In this document: in pieces, positions 52,525 to 61,658 of the stretch
How the letters are laid out: each line of letters starts with the position of its first letter
Numbering within the stretch: position 1 is the first letter of the stretch
Assembly (NCBI GenBank): GCA_964503125.1
Contig: CAZCZE010000020.1
Location: 159,979-223,978, forward strand
Source: an uncultured Gammaproteobacteria bacterium
Lineage (GTDB): Bacteria > Pseudomonadota > Gammaproteobacteria > Steroidobacterales > Rariloculaceae
DNA length: 64,000 nt
Reading direction: 5' to 3'
Translations under genes and position numbers: made by a program
The notes under the pieces: generated by a model
Database searches by the model: none
What the model was told of the DNA's origin: nothing
Seen by the model: the letters and a program-made list of their open reading frames with translations, nothing else

Positions 52525-53388
52525 ATGGTCAGGTCCCCATCGCTCGCGTTGCGAATTCTCGCCGGCGTCGTACTCATCGGCCTCGGCATCCCCCTCGAGG
52601 CACAGCGCGATCTTTCGGGCTCATGGGGCCAACGTTTTCACGAAGATCTGCCCGAGCGCGGCGGCGGACCCGAGATCGGCGATTACACGGGCTTGCCGGT
52701 CAACGATGCCGCGCGGCTGCGCGCCGACTCGTGGGACGCGGCCAAGTGGACGATGCCCGAGCGTCAGTGCGAGCCGCATCCTGCCGACTACGGCCCGCGC
52801 GGTCCCGCAAGCCTGCGCATCTCGAGCACCGTCGACCCCATCTCTCAGGACGTCGTTTCCTGGGAGATCACGGTCATGTGGGGACTGCCGCACCGGACGA
52901 TCTACATGGACGGCCGTCCGCGTCCCTCCGCGAACGCCCAGCACAGCTGGCAGGGATTCTCGACGGGGGAGTGGGAGGGCGACATGCTCGAAGTGACGAC
53001 CACCCATCTGAAGGAAGGCTGGCTGCGGCGCAACGGCCTGCCCCGCAGCGACAAGGCCACGCTCGTCGAGTACTTCATCCGTAGCGAGAACTACCTGACG
53101 CTCGTCACGGCCGTCATGGACCCCGTGTATCTGACCGAGCCGCTCGTCCGCACTTCGGATTGGGTGCTCGATCCCGGCTTGCAGCTCAGCCCGTTCTCGT
53201 GCATTCCGGCGATCGAGATCGAGCGGCCGCGCGGGACCGTTCCGCATCATCTGCCGGGCACGAACACGTTCCTCCCGGAGTTCGCGACGCGTCACGGCTT
53301 GCCGTTCGACGCCACGCGCGGCGGTGCTGCGACGATGTATCCCGAGTACGTTCCGGAGCTCTCGCGCGGCCTGCGTGTGGCGAGGTAG
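52525..53388 (+). CDS. Secreted protein of unknown function ('medium' family, member 1)
   Basis: 287 aa with a signal peptide, DLSGSW, IYMDGRPRP and WQGFSTGEWEGDMLEVTTTH. This motif set is shared with 54345.., 60842.. and the C-termini of 34579.. and 61659.. Confidence 0.7.
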   Translation: MVRSPSLALRILAGVVLIGLGIPLEAQRDLSGSWGQRFHEDLPERGGGPEIGDYTGLPVNDAARLRADSWDAAKWTMPERQCEPHPADYGPRGPASLRISSTVDPISQDVVSWEITVMWGLPHRTIYMDGRPRPSANAQHSWQGFSTGEWEGDMLEVTTTHLKEGWLRRNGLPRSDKATLVEYFIRSENYLTLVTAVMDPVYLTEPLVRTSDWVLDPGLQLSPFSCIPAIEIERPRGTVPHHLPGTNTFLPEFATRHGLPFDATRGGAATMYPEYVPELSRGLRVAR

Positions 53389-53391
53389 CGG

Positions 53392-54348
53392 ATGGTTCGA
53401 ACGAGCGGCTACTGGCCTGCGCTTGGCACTGTGCTCCTCGTCGGCTACTCGTTCGAGGCCCGTGGCGAGCTAGACGTCCTGCCGGTGCAGGGTAACGTGT
53501 TCGTGATCGTGGGCCCGGGCGGCAACACGACCGTGCAGGTGGGGCACGAGGCTGTCGTCATCGTCGACGCGCAAACGGCGGCAGCTGCCGAGGAGGTCGT
53601 CGCCGCGGTCGCAAAGCTGAGCGGCAAGCCGATTCGACACATCATCAATACGAGCGCGGACTCCGACCACACGGGCGGTAACGAGATCCTGTCGCGTGCC
53701 GGGACCTATGTGCGGCTCATCGACTCGTTCGATCCCCGCGGCTCGAGCACCCAAGCGGCGATCATCGCGCACGTCAACGTGCTCGCGCGCTTGAGCGCGC
53801 CGACGGGCGCCGTGGCCACGGCCCCTGCCGGGGCGTGGCCGAGCGACACCTACTTCACGGCCGACTGGGCGCTGTTCGTCAACGGCGAGGCCGTGCAGCT
53901 GTTGCACGTTCCCGCTGCGCACACCGACGGCGACACGATGGTTTTCTTTCGTCGTTCCGATGTGATCAGCACGGGCGACATCTTCAGCCCTGCCCGCTAC
54001 CCACGGTTCGATCGCGTGCGCGGCGGCAGCATCGCCGGCGTGATCGAGGGCCTGAACCGCATTATCGACCTCGCGATTCCGGGCGAGCGCCAGGAGGGCG
54101 GCACGGTCGTGATACCCGGCCACGGGCGCATCAGCGACGAGACCGAAGTCGCGAACTATCGCGATATGGTCACGATCGTTCGCGACCGCGTTGCCGCGCT
54201 GGTCGGCACGGGCATGACGCTCGAGCAGGTGCTGGCCGCCAAGCCGACGTTCGACTACGACGGCATCTATTCCGACGCGGCCGGCGGCGGAACGGGCGAC
54301 TCGTTCGTCGCGGCGGTCTATCGCGATCTCAAGGGAGAAGACGAATGA
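53392..54348 (+). CDS. Secreted MBL-fold protein with degenerate metal motif
   Basis: 318 aa with the MBL-fold pattern (VIVDAQT..., HVPAAHTDGDTMVFF, VIPGHG). SADSDH stands where HxHxDH is expected. Confidence 0.7.
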   Translation: MVRTSGYWPALGTVLLVGYSFEARGELDVLPVQGNVFVIVGPGGNTTVQVGHEAVVIVDAQTAAAAEEVVAAVAKLSGKPIRHIINTSADSDHTGGNEILSRAGTYVRLIDSFDPRGSSTQAAIIAHVNVLARLSAPTGAVATAPAGAWPSDTYFTADWALFVNGEAVQLLHVPAAHTDGDTMVFFRRSDVISTGDIFSPARYPRFDRVRGGSIAGVIEGLNRIIDLAIPGERQEGGTVVIPGHGRISDETEVANYRDMVTIVRDRVAALVGTGMTLEQVLAAKPTFDYDGIYSDAAGGGTGDSFVAAVYRDLKGEDE

Positions 54349-55166
54349 CGGCCCGTGCGCTAAGGCGACGCGTGCTCGAGCTGGCCGCGCTCGCGGCGCT
54401 GTGGCTCGGCGTCGCGGCGCCTCCGCCGGCTCGCGCGCAGTTTGGCCCGCCACCGCCCCCCGATACGCGCAGCCCACGCGAGCGCGCGCTGATCGACATC
54501 ACGGGCCAGTGGGTGGCCGTCGTCACCGAGGATTGGCGTTGGCGCATGGTCACGCCGCCCGTCGGCGATACCGCGAGCTTGCCGCTGAACGAGCGCGGTC
54601 GGACGGTTGCAGCGCAGTGGAGTCTCGAGCGGGACCGGGCGGAAGGCAATCTCTGCCGCCCGTTCGGCGTGCCGGGTCTCATACGGCAGCCGACGCGAGT
54701 ACGCATCGTCTGGGACGACGACGACACGCTCTCGCTCGAGTTCGATGCCGGCCGTCAGGTCCGGCGCTTCGAGTTTGTGGACACGCCATCCGGTGAGCCG
54801 TCGCTGCAAGGCCACTCCGCCGCGCGCTGGTTCAGGCAGCCGCAGTCGCGCGGAGTGTTCGGCGTGCGCACGCCGCCGCAGGGCGGCTCTCTCGTCGTTC
54901 GGACCACTCGACTCAGAAGCGGTTACCTCCGCGCCAACGGCGTGCCGTACAGCGACCGCGCGACGGTCAAGGAATTTTTCAATACGTTCGCGTTGCCGGG
55001 CGACGGCGGCACATGGCTCATCGTGACCACGGTCGTGGACGATCCCGAGTACCTCACGACCGAGCTCATATTGAGCTCACAGTTCAAGAAGGAGACGGGG
55101 CGAGCGGGGTGGAACCCTCGGCCCTGCGATATCGCCGCTCCGCCCCTACTCGCACCGAACGGTTAG
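54345..55166 (+). CDS. Secreted protein of unknown function ('medium' family, member 2, divergent)
   Basis: ATG at 54345 (MTARALRRRVLELAALAALWLGVAA) within track ORF 53835..55166. It has DITGQW, LCRPFGVPG and GVPYSDRATVKEFF...DDPEYLTTE. It overlaps the previous stop by 4 nt. Confidence 0.7.
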   Translation: MTARALRRRVLELAALAALWLGVAAPPPARAQFGPPPPPDTRSPRERALIDITGQWVAVVTEDWRWRMVTPPVGDTASLPLNERGRTVAAQWSLERDRAEGNLCRPFGVPGLIRQPTRVRIVWDDDDTLSLEFDAGRQVRRFEFVDTPSGEPSLQGHSAARWFRQPQSRGVFGVRTPPQGGSLVVRTTRLRSGYLRANGVPYSDRATVKEFFNTFALPGDGGTWLIVTTVVDDPEYLTTELILSSQFKKETGRAGWNPRPCDIAAPPLLAPNG

Positions 55167-55171
55167 GGACC

Positions 55172-55549
55172 ATGCAACGCTACGCGCTCACGATCATCGG
55201 TTTGCTGGCCGCCTCGTCCGCAGGGGCGCATCACTCGTTCACGGCGACGTACGATGAGTCGGGGCGCGTGCAGATCGAAGGGGAAGTCGTGCAGTTTCTG
55301 TTCAGGAATCCCCACTCCATGATCCACGTCGCGGCGCCCGACGCGGCCGGCACCGTGCAACGCTGGGCCGTCGAATGGGCAGGCGTTGGGACGTTGAGCG
55401 GCGAGGGCGTGACGCGCGCGACACTGCGCATCGGTGATCGCGTCGTCATCTTTGGCAATCCCGGACGCAACGCCGCCGACCACCGTTTGCGGTTGTTGTC
55501 GATCGAGCGGCCGCTCGACGGCTGGAAATGGCAGGGTACCTTCGAGTGA
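55172..55549 (+). CDS. DUF6152-like small secreted protein (copy 2)
   Basis: ATG at 55172 (MQRYALTIIGLLAASSAGA|HHSFTATYDE) within track ORF 55013..55549. 125 aa with an NPH motif (FRNPHS). Confidence 0.75.
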   Translation: MQRYALTIIGLLAASSAGAHHSFTATYDESGRVQIEGEVVQFLFRNPHSMIHVAAPDAAGTVQRWAVEWAGVGTLSGEGVTRATLRIGDRVVIFGNPGRNAADHRLRLLSIERPLDGWKWQGTFE

Positions 55550-55589
55550 CGGTGACCCGTGCCACAAACGCGTTGGCGCTGCTACGCGA

Positions 55590-56600
55590 TCAAAGGTTCT
55601 TTCGCTGCAGCGTCCAGCTCGCATCGCGGCAAAGGCCGCAGTCGTCGCCGACGAAGCGGCGGGCGGCCTCGCGGTCGCCACGCAGTTGCCAATCGAGCCA
55701 ACTCACGGCCACGGACGCGGCTGCGCCGCCGTTCGGCTCCTGAAACGTGCCGCCGTGGCCGACGGGCAGGTTGGCGACGACGGCCGGCACCTGTGCAATG
55801 CGCTCGAAGTCGTCCATGCCGTTTAAGTAGGCGATGTCGGGTGGGCCGCCGAGGATGTAGATGACGGGCGTGTGAAAGTTCGCGAGCGCGTCTTTCGTCA
55901 GGTCCATGCCGGGAATCGTCGTGTTGGGGCCGCCGTTGAGAACGCCGGTGTTGTGCATGACGACGGTCTTCACGCGTGGATCGTTAGCGACTCGCAGTGC
56001 CTGTAGACCGCCGCAGCTCCAGCCCGACAGCGCGACCTGCGCGGGGTCGATGCGCCCGAAATACGGGCTGCCGGCGCGGCCGTTCTCGGCGAGCGCCCAG
56101 TCGATTGCGTCCGTCAGGTCGGTGGCTAGCGTGCGCGGCGGTTGCGGTTGACCTGGTTGCGCCGGTGCGCGCGGCGCGGCGGGCGGGGCGCCGGGGCCGC
56201 TCAAGATGCGCCCGCTCGCGAGCACGAGGTAGCCGTGCGAGGCGAGCTCGAGCAGGTGGAACCGGGTGCTCGCGCCGTCGTTGGAGCAGCCGCCGTTGCC
56301 CCAGGCCACGACGCCGAGTTTTTGACTACCGAGCGCGGCGAGATCGGCCGGCCGATAGACGACGTGCTTCGGCAACGCCGCGATCTCTTCCTTCATTGCC
56401 GGGAAGCGGCCCGTGCCCGGAGGGTCGGGTAGCTTGTTGTTCTCGGCGACCCGGCGTTGTGCCGCTTCGTTGTCCTGGGCGGGCGGTGCCGCCGCGGGTG
56501 CTTGTGCCGCGGCGAACCCCGCGCCGAGAAGCTGCAACGCCACGGCGACGCAAAGCCCCATCCGCAAACGCCGTCTTTGTATTCGTCGAATCATTGTCAT
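55590..56600 (-). CDS. Secreted alpha/beta hydrolase (dienelactone-hydrolase/chlorophyllase-like)
   Basis: 336 aa with a signal peptide, the nucleophile elbow GWSCGG and a Pro/Ala-rich loop. Confidence 0.7.
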   Translation of the reverse strand: MTMIRRIQRRRLRMGLCVAVALQLLGAGFAAAQAPAAAPPAQDNEAAQRRVAENNKLPDPPGTGRFPAMKEEIAALPKHVVYRPADLAALGSQKLGVVAWGNGGCSNDGASTRFHLLELASHGYLVLASGRILSGPGAPPAAPRAPAQPGQPQPPRTLATDLTDAIDWALAENGRAGSPYFGRIDPAQVALSGWSCGGLQALRVANDPRVKTVVMHNTGVLNGGPNTTIPGMDLTKDALANFHTPVIYILGGPPDIAYLNGMDDFERIAQVPAVVANLPVGHGGTFQEPNGGAAASVAVSWLDWQLRGDREAARRFVGDDCGLCRDASWTLQRKNL

Positions 56601-56672
56601 CCCCCTGTGGAGCCGTCTCGCGACTGCCGTGATGCTGGGCCGTCACGGTTCGGTTTATGATGAGAATGCTAT

Positions 56673-58217
56673 ATGACATTACGAGATCGAGGAAGACGCC
56701 GCACGACGGTAGTAGTGGGAGTGCTGGCCTCGGTCGCCACGGCCGCCGTCGCGGTCGGCTATTACGAGATGCGTGCATGGAGTGCGGACGTTCCGCGCGT
56801 CTGGGACGAAGCGGCGCTCAAAGGTTGGGCGACGCCGCTCGCGGGTCTCGGCGAAGCGCCGACGCATATGTCGCCGCAGGAGTACTACGCGCTGCCCGAG
56901 GAGAACCTCCGCAGCTATCCGCTCTACATGCCGGATCGCGAGCCGGCAGGCTTATGGGAGCAGATCCAAATCGTCGGCCCGCAGCCGCTCATCGAACCCA
57001 CCAGGCTGGCCACCAAGGCCGATTGGATCGCGGCCGGCGAGCGCGTGTTCCTCGACTCCGTCGTGCTCAAGACGTTCGATCCGCAGGTCATTGCGATGGC
57101 CCGTAGTCAGCAGGAGATGGCAGCGCGCGGCACCGGCCCGCTGCCCGACGGCACCGTCAATGGCTTGCGCTGGGTGCCGACGAAGGACGGCGTGGCACTC
57201 GGCTTCACGAACTGTAGCGCCTGTCATCTTCTCTATCTGCCCGACAATACGCCTGTGCCCGGCGCCTCGTCGTTCGCGATGCCGAACAACTTTCGTAACG
57301 GCCTCGGTGCCGTCATTCGCGAGGCCGAGCGGACGCTGCCCGGCGAAGTGCCGTTCGCGCTGGCAGGCTCGATCGGAGTCCAGGCAGCCCAAGCTTACGG
57401 CGTGCCGTGGGTCAACGATCCCGTGGGCGAAAAGCTCGAGGAACTGACGGCGTCTGAGTTCAATGCCTATATCGGCGCGGGAATTCGCGGCGGCGGCGTC
57501 GCGCGCTGGAACGGCAGCATCTTCTATCCGGCCAAGATCCCGGACCTCATCGGGCTAAAGGACCGCAAGTACCTCGATCACACCGGGACTCATCTGCACC
57601 GCAATATCGGCGACCTCATGCGCTACGCCGCGCTCGTGAGCTTCGCCGACGATATCGACTTCGCGGGGCAGCGCGTGATTCTTCCCGGCACCGAGCGTTT
57701 CCGCACGCGCTTATCGGACGAAGCGCTGTATGCGCTCGCCCTCTACGTGTATTCGCTCGAGCCGCCGAGCAATCCGCATCCGTTCGATGCGCGGGCCGAA
57801 GCAGGGGAGATGATCTTCGAGCGCGAGCGCTGCGCCCGTTGTCACACACCGCCGCTCTACACGAACAACAAGCTCACTCTGGCGGTAGGTTTTACGCCGC
57901 CCGAAGACTCGCCGCTCGACATCGTTCGAACGTCGGTCGGCACCGATCCGGGTTTGGCGCTGCGCACGCGCAAGGGCACGGGGTTCTACAAGATTCCCTC
58001 GCTTAAGGGTCTCTGGTATCGAGGGCATTACTTGCACGACGGCTCGGTCGCCAGCCTCGAGGAGCTGTTCGACCCAAACCGATTGAGCGACACTCACGTG
58101 CCCGGCGGTTTCGCGCCGCCAGGGACCGTCACGCGCGCTATTCGCGGTCACGAGTTTGGACTTACGCTCACCACCGCAGAGCGGGCGGAGCTCATCGCGT
58201 TTCTGCGTACGCTTTAG
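56673..58217 (+). CDS. Di-haem cytochrome c peroxidase-like protein
   Basis: 514 aa with an N-terminal TM/signal and two CxxCH motifs (NCSACHL, RCARCHTPPLYTNN). The second has the CH.PP context typical of the CCP/MauG family. Confidence 0.7.
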   Translation: MTLRDRGRRRTTVVVGVLASVATAAVAVGYYEMRAWSADVPRVWDEAALKGWATPLAGLGEAPTHMSPQEYYALPEENLRSYPLYMPDREPAGLWEQIQIVGPQPLIEPTRLATKADWIAAGERVFLDSVVLKTFDPQVIAMARSQQEMAARGTGPLPDGTVNGLRWVPTKDGVALGFTNCSACHLLYLPDNTPVPGASSFAMPNNFRNGLGAVIREAERTLPGEVPFALAGSIGVQAAQAYGVPWVNDPVGEKLEELTASEFNAYIGAGIRGGGVARWNGSIFYPAKIPDLIGLKDRKYLDHTGTHLHRNIGDLMRYAALVSFADDIDFAGQRVILPGTERFRTRLSDEALYALALYVYSLEPPSNPHPFDARAEAGEMIFERERCARCHTPPLYTNNKLTLAVGFTPPEDSPLDIVRTSVGTDPGLALRTRKGTGFYKIPSLKGLWYRGHYLHDGSVASLEELFDPNRLSDTHVPGGFAPPGTVTRAIRGHEFGLTLTTAERAELIAFLRTL

Positions 58218-58250
58218 AACACTCGATAAAAGACAAAGAGGAGTCGAGCC

Positions 58251-59120
58251 ATGCGGATAGCCGCGTTCACCGTCTACCTACTTGCCGCTGCGGCCATGCT
58301 TGCAGCCGGCGCTCAGGAGCGGCCCGGAGCCGACGCGGGAACGTCGAGCGCGCAGCTCGCGACGCTTCCGCAAACACCGGGCGCGAAGGGCGATCAGCAA
58401 CGCCACTACTTGTTCGCGGCGGCGGGTGAGGAGATGCCGTACCGTCTCTATGTTCCGCCGTCCTACGACTCGGCGCGAAAGACCCCGCTCGTCGTTGCGT
58501 TGCACGGCTACGGCGGCGACCAGAACTACTTCTTCGCGGCGCTGCCGACGCTTCCCGAGCTCCTCGACCAGCATGGGTTCATCTTCGTGGCGCCGATGGG
58601 CTACTCGAAGAGCGGTTGGTATGGTGCACCGCTCGACATTCCCGGCAACCGGCCGCGCAATAGCGGCCAAGCGATCCCGCCCGTGACGCAGACGCCCGAG
58701 GAGATGCGGCGCGAGCGCGCGTTGAGCGAAGCCGACGTCATGAACGTGCTCGAGATCGTGAGCCGCGAGTACAGCGTCGACCCCGACCGCGTCTACCTCA
58801 TGGGTCATTCGATGGGCGGCATGGGCACGTACGTGCTCGGCCAGAAATACGCCGAGCGGTGGGCCGCCATCGCGCCGATGTCGGGCACGCTCGCCGACGC
58901 GACGTACTCGCTGGATCGCCTGACGAACGTCGCCGTCATGCTGTCGGCCGGTTCGACGGAAACCGCGACCGTTGCCGCTGCGCAGGCGCAGGTCGGAGAG
59001 ATGAGCAAGATGGGCATCGTGACAGGGCTGTGGATTGAGCCCAACGGCACGCACGGGTCGATGATCGCGCCGACCCTGCCGAAGGTGCTCGATTTCTTTG
59101 CCGACAAGGTGCGCCGATGA
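58251..59120 (+). CDS. Secreted esterase/alpha-beta hydrolase
   Basis: 289 aa with a signal peptide, PLVVALHGYGGD and the nucleophile GHSMGG. Confidence 0.8.
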   Translation: MRIAAFTVYLLAAAAMLAAGAQERPGADAGTSSAQLATLPQTPGAKGDQQRHYLFAAAGEEMPYRLYVPPSYDSARKTPLVVALHGYGGDQNYFFAALPTLPELLDQHGFIFVAPMGYSKSGWYGAPLDIPGNRPRNSGQAIPPVTQTPEEMRRERALSEADVMNVLEIVSREYSVDPDRVYLMGHSMGGMGTYVLGQKYAERWAAIAPMSGTLADATYSLDRLTNVAVMLSAGSTETATVAAAQAQVGEMSKMGIVTGLWIEPNGTHGSMIAPTLPKVLDFFADKVRR

Positions 59121-59140
59121 TCCGGCGCAAGGGGGAGACG

Positions 59141-60388
59141 ATGAATCTTTGTGATCGGCGCAGCGTCTTGACAGGGCTCGGCGCGGTCGGGGCCAACTTA
59201 TGGTTGCCTCCGTCTGCCGACGCGCTCGGCCTCGCAGACGACAAGATCAAGGTCATTCGCTACTTCAGCAATGCCGGTGATGCCGCCGGGCGGCGCGGCC
59301 AGCCCATGACCAACCAGTCCTCGAACGTCGTGATCATCGAGACGGAAGGGGGCTTGACCGGCATCGGCGAGGGTGGCGAGCCCACGTCGATGGACGAATG
59401 CGCGAGCATGCTGATCGGCCAGGACCCGTTTCGCATCGACCAGCATTGGCAGCGCATGCTGCGCGGCTATTTCTTTCCGGCCGGCCGCGAGAAGCAGCAC
59501 TCGCTCGGCGCGCTCGATCTGGCGCTCTGGGATCTCAAGGCCAAAGCTCTCGACGTGCCGGTCTGGCAACTCCTCGGCGGCAAATCGCGCGACTACGTCG
59601 AATGCTATTCCACGGTCTTTCCTAGGCCGGCCAACGGCACGCTCGAAGATGCGGCGCGCGCCTGCATCGACGCCGGGTTCCGCTGCTTCAGGCATGCCAC
59701 CGACAATCCGCGCGAGCGCGAGGTCGATCGTTTCAAGCTCGTGCGGCGCATGCACGAGGACTGCGTGCTGTTGCACAAAGGCGCGGGCGACGGCGGTTGG
59801 GCGATCGATTTCCACACCGAGCTCGACCCGCCCGACGCCATCAACCTCGCGACGCTGCTCGAGCCGCTGCATCCTTATTTCTGCGAGGACCTGATCCGCA
59901 GCGAGGGCGTGGACTCCTACGCCATGATCCGCGAGCGGACGCGCGTGCCGATCGCGGTCGGCGAGCAGTTCGGTTACAAGTGGGACATCAACACGCTGAT
60001 CGAGCGGGAGCTCATCGATTACACGCGTTGCACGTTGCCCAACGTCGGCGGTATCAGCGAGTTCATGAAGATCATCGCGCTCGCGGAGACGCATTACGTC
60101 GGCATGGTTCCGCACTTTACGGGCCCGATTGCGGAAGCCGCGCTCGTGCATTGCCTCACCGCCACGTCGATCACGTCGTTGATGGAGATGCTCGGCGACG
60201 GCAGCCGCACGTATCCTCATCTGCCGAAGATGTACGACTTCAAGGAAGGCAAGATGTGGCCCAATGACCGGCCGGGGCTCGGCGTCGAGCTCGACATGAG
60301 CAGGCTCACGCTGCTCGGCGAATACGCCACGTATCGCGCCGGCATGCTAATGAACCGCCGCCCGGATGGCTCGTTCACGAACTGGTGA
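59141..60388 (+). CDS. Enolase-superfamily enzyme (mandelate racemase/muconate lactonising, sugar-acid dehydratase-like) with twin-arginine signal
   Basis: I chose the ATG at 59141, preceded by GGGGGAG; the track start is 59117. The N-terminus is MNLCDRRSVLTGLGAVGANLWLPPSADA. It has an MR/MLE fold pattern (GIGEGG, LDLALWDLKAK, metal ligands D..E..E region, CEDLI). Confidence 0.85.
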   Translation: MNLCDRRSVLTGLGAVGANLWLPPSADALGLADDKIKVIRYFSNAGDAAGRRGQPMTNQSSNVVIIETEGGLTGIGEGGEPTSMDECASMLIGQDPFRIDQHWQRMLRGYFFPAGREKQHSLGALDLALWDLKAKALDVPVWQLLGGKSRDYVECYSTVFPRPANGTLEDAARACIDAGFRCFRHATDNPREREVDRFKLVRRMHEDCVLLHKGAGDGGWAIDFHTELDPPDAINLATLLEPLHPYFCEDLIRSEGVDSYAMIRERTRVPIAVGEQFGYKWDINTLIERELIDYTRCTLPNVGGISEFMKIIALAETHYVGMVPHFTGPIAEAALVHCLTATSITSLMEMLGDGSRTYPHLPKMYDFKEGKMWPNDRPGLGVELDMSRLTLLGEYATYRAGMLMNRRPDGSFTNW

Positions 60389-60449
60389 GACTGGCTACGA
60401 CGCTAACGACGCCAGCGGCGGCAGCACGATTACTTGGAGGAACACTCTG

Positions 60450-60839
60450 ATGTCACGATTATTCTCGGCGGCGACGCTGGCTGCCCTGTTGCTCGGCAGC
60501 CAAAGCCAGGCACACCATTCATTCGCCGTCCACTACGATTCCAACAAGATCATCACCAAAGAAGGAGTCGCGACGGAGTTTCGCTTTGCCAATCCCCACG
60601 GCATCCTGATGTTGGACGTCACCAACGAGAGCGGCGCCGTCGAGCAGTGGACCGTGGAGACGACGTCGCCGAGTTATATGCGCCGTTTCGGCTGGACACC
60701 GGACATGATCAAGCCGGGCGATCGAGTCATCGTGGAAGGTTGGGCGTCGCGCGATGGGTCGCACCTCATGCGTATTCGTTCCGTCATGCGCCCCGACGGC
60801 ACGCAGCTCGGGCGCCCCAATCAGGCGGGTGATGAATAG
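60450..60839 (+). CDS. DUF6152-like small secreted protein (copy 3)
   Basis: ATG at 60450, preceded by GGAGG (MSRLFSAATLAALLLGSQSQA|HHSFAVHYDS), within track ORF 60366..60839. 129 aa with FANPHG. Confidence 0.75.
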   Translation: MSRLFSAATLAALLLGSQSQAHHSFAVHYDSNKIITKEGVATEFRFANPHGILMLDVTNESGAVEQWTVETTSPSYMRRFGWTPDMIKPGDRVIVEGWASRDGSHLMRIRSVMRPDGTQLGRPNQAGDE

Positions 60840-60841
60840 CC

Positions 60842-61645
60842 ATGTTGAAGCGAAATATCGGACGCACACTCTCCGGCGGCCACGCGGTATCCGTGCTGTT
60901 GCTGACGGCCGCCCTGGTTTCGGCATCGCCGGCGGTCGCCGCCGAAGTGCCCAATCTCGAAGGGTTTTGGTGGCCGGCACGCGGCGCCGCGGGTGAACGC
61001 ATGCCGGAGCTGACCTCCAAGCTGCCGGTCGACGGCGCCGCGATTCGCGATCTCGGCGCGCCCAGCCGTACCGGCGGCGACTTCGGCGATCTCAACGTGA
61101 AGCCCGCGGCCCGGGCCGAGGCCATGGCGTGGAACCCTATGGACGAAGAAACGGTGTCCAGGGCGTGCAAACCGCCCTCGATCATCTACGGCATGCCGGG
61201 GCCGTTCCCGTTCGAGATCTATCAGAGCGACACGCTGATCGTATTCAAGCTGGAATACTACGATCAGGTGCGGATCGTGTTCCTGGACGGTCGACCGCAT
61301 CCCGGCGGCGACTATCCGCATACGACGGTCGGTCACTCGATCGGCCATTGGGAGGACGACACGTTGGTTGTGGACACGACGCACCTCGCGTCGTCCACCA
61401 TGATGGGAAACGGACTGCGCCATTCGGACGAGTTGCACCTCATTGAGCGTTTCCGTCTCACAGAGGACGGCAAGCACCTCCACTGGACGCAGGACATCGA
61501 AGATCCCCTCGTGCTGAACAACCGTGGCATACGCTATGGCATCGTGGAGCGACGCGAGGGCCACGTGTATCCCTATGACTGCGATCCGGCCTATGGGCTC
61601 TCGATTCAGCAGCGCGGGGGGCAATCCCCGCCGGGGCGGCCCTGA
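60842..61645 (+). CDS. Secreted protein of unknown function ('medium' family, member 3)
   Basis: 267 aa with a signal peptide, [34 protein letters not shown] and [14 protein letters not shown]. Confidence 0.7.
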   Translation: MLKRNIGRTLSGGHAVSVLLLTAALVSASPAVAAEVPNLEGFWWPARGAAGERMPELTSKLPVDGAAIRDLGAPSRTGGDFGDLNVKPAARAEAMAWNPMDEETVSRACKPPSIIYGMPGPFPFEIYQSDTLIVFKLEYYDQVRIVFLDGRPHPGGDYPHTTVGHSIGHWEDDTLVVDTTHLASSTMMGNGLRHSDELHLIERFRLTEDGKHLHWTQDIEDPLVLNNRGIRYGIVERREGHVYPYDCDPAYGLSIQQRGGQSPPGRP

Positions 61646-61658
61646 GCCCGAGCGCCCA

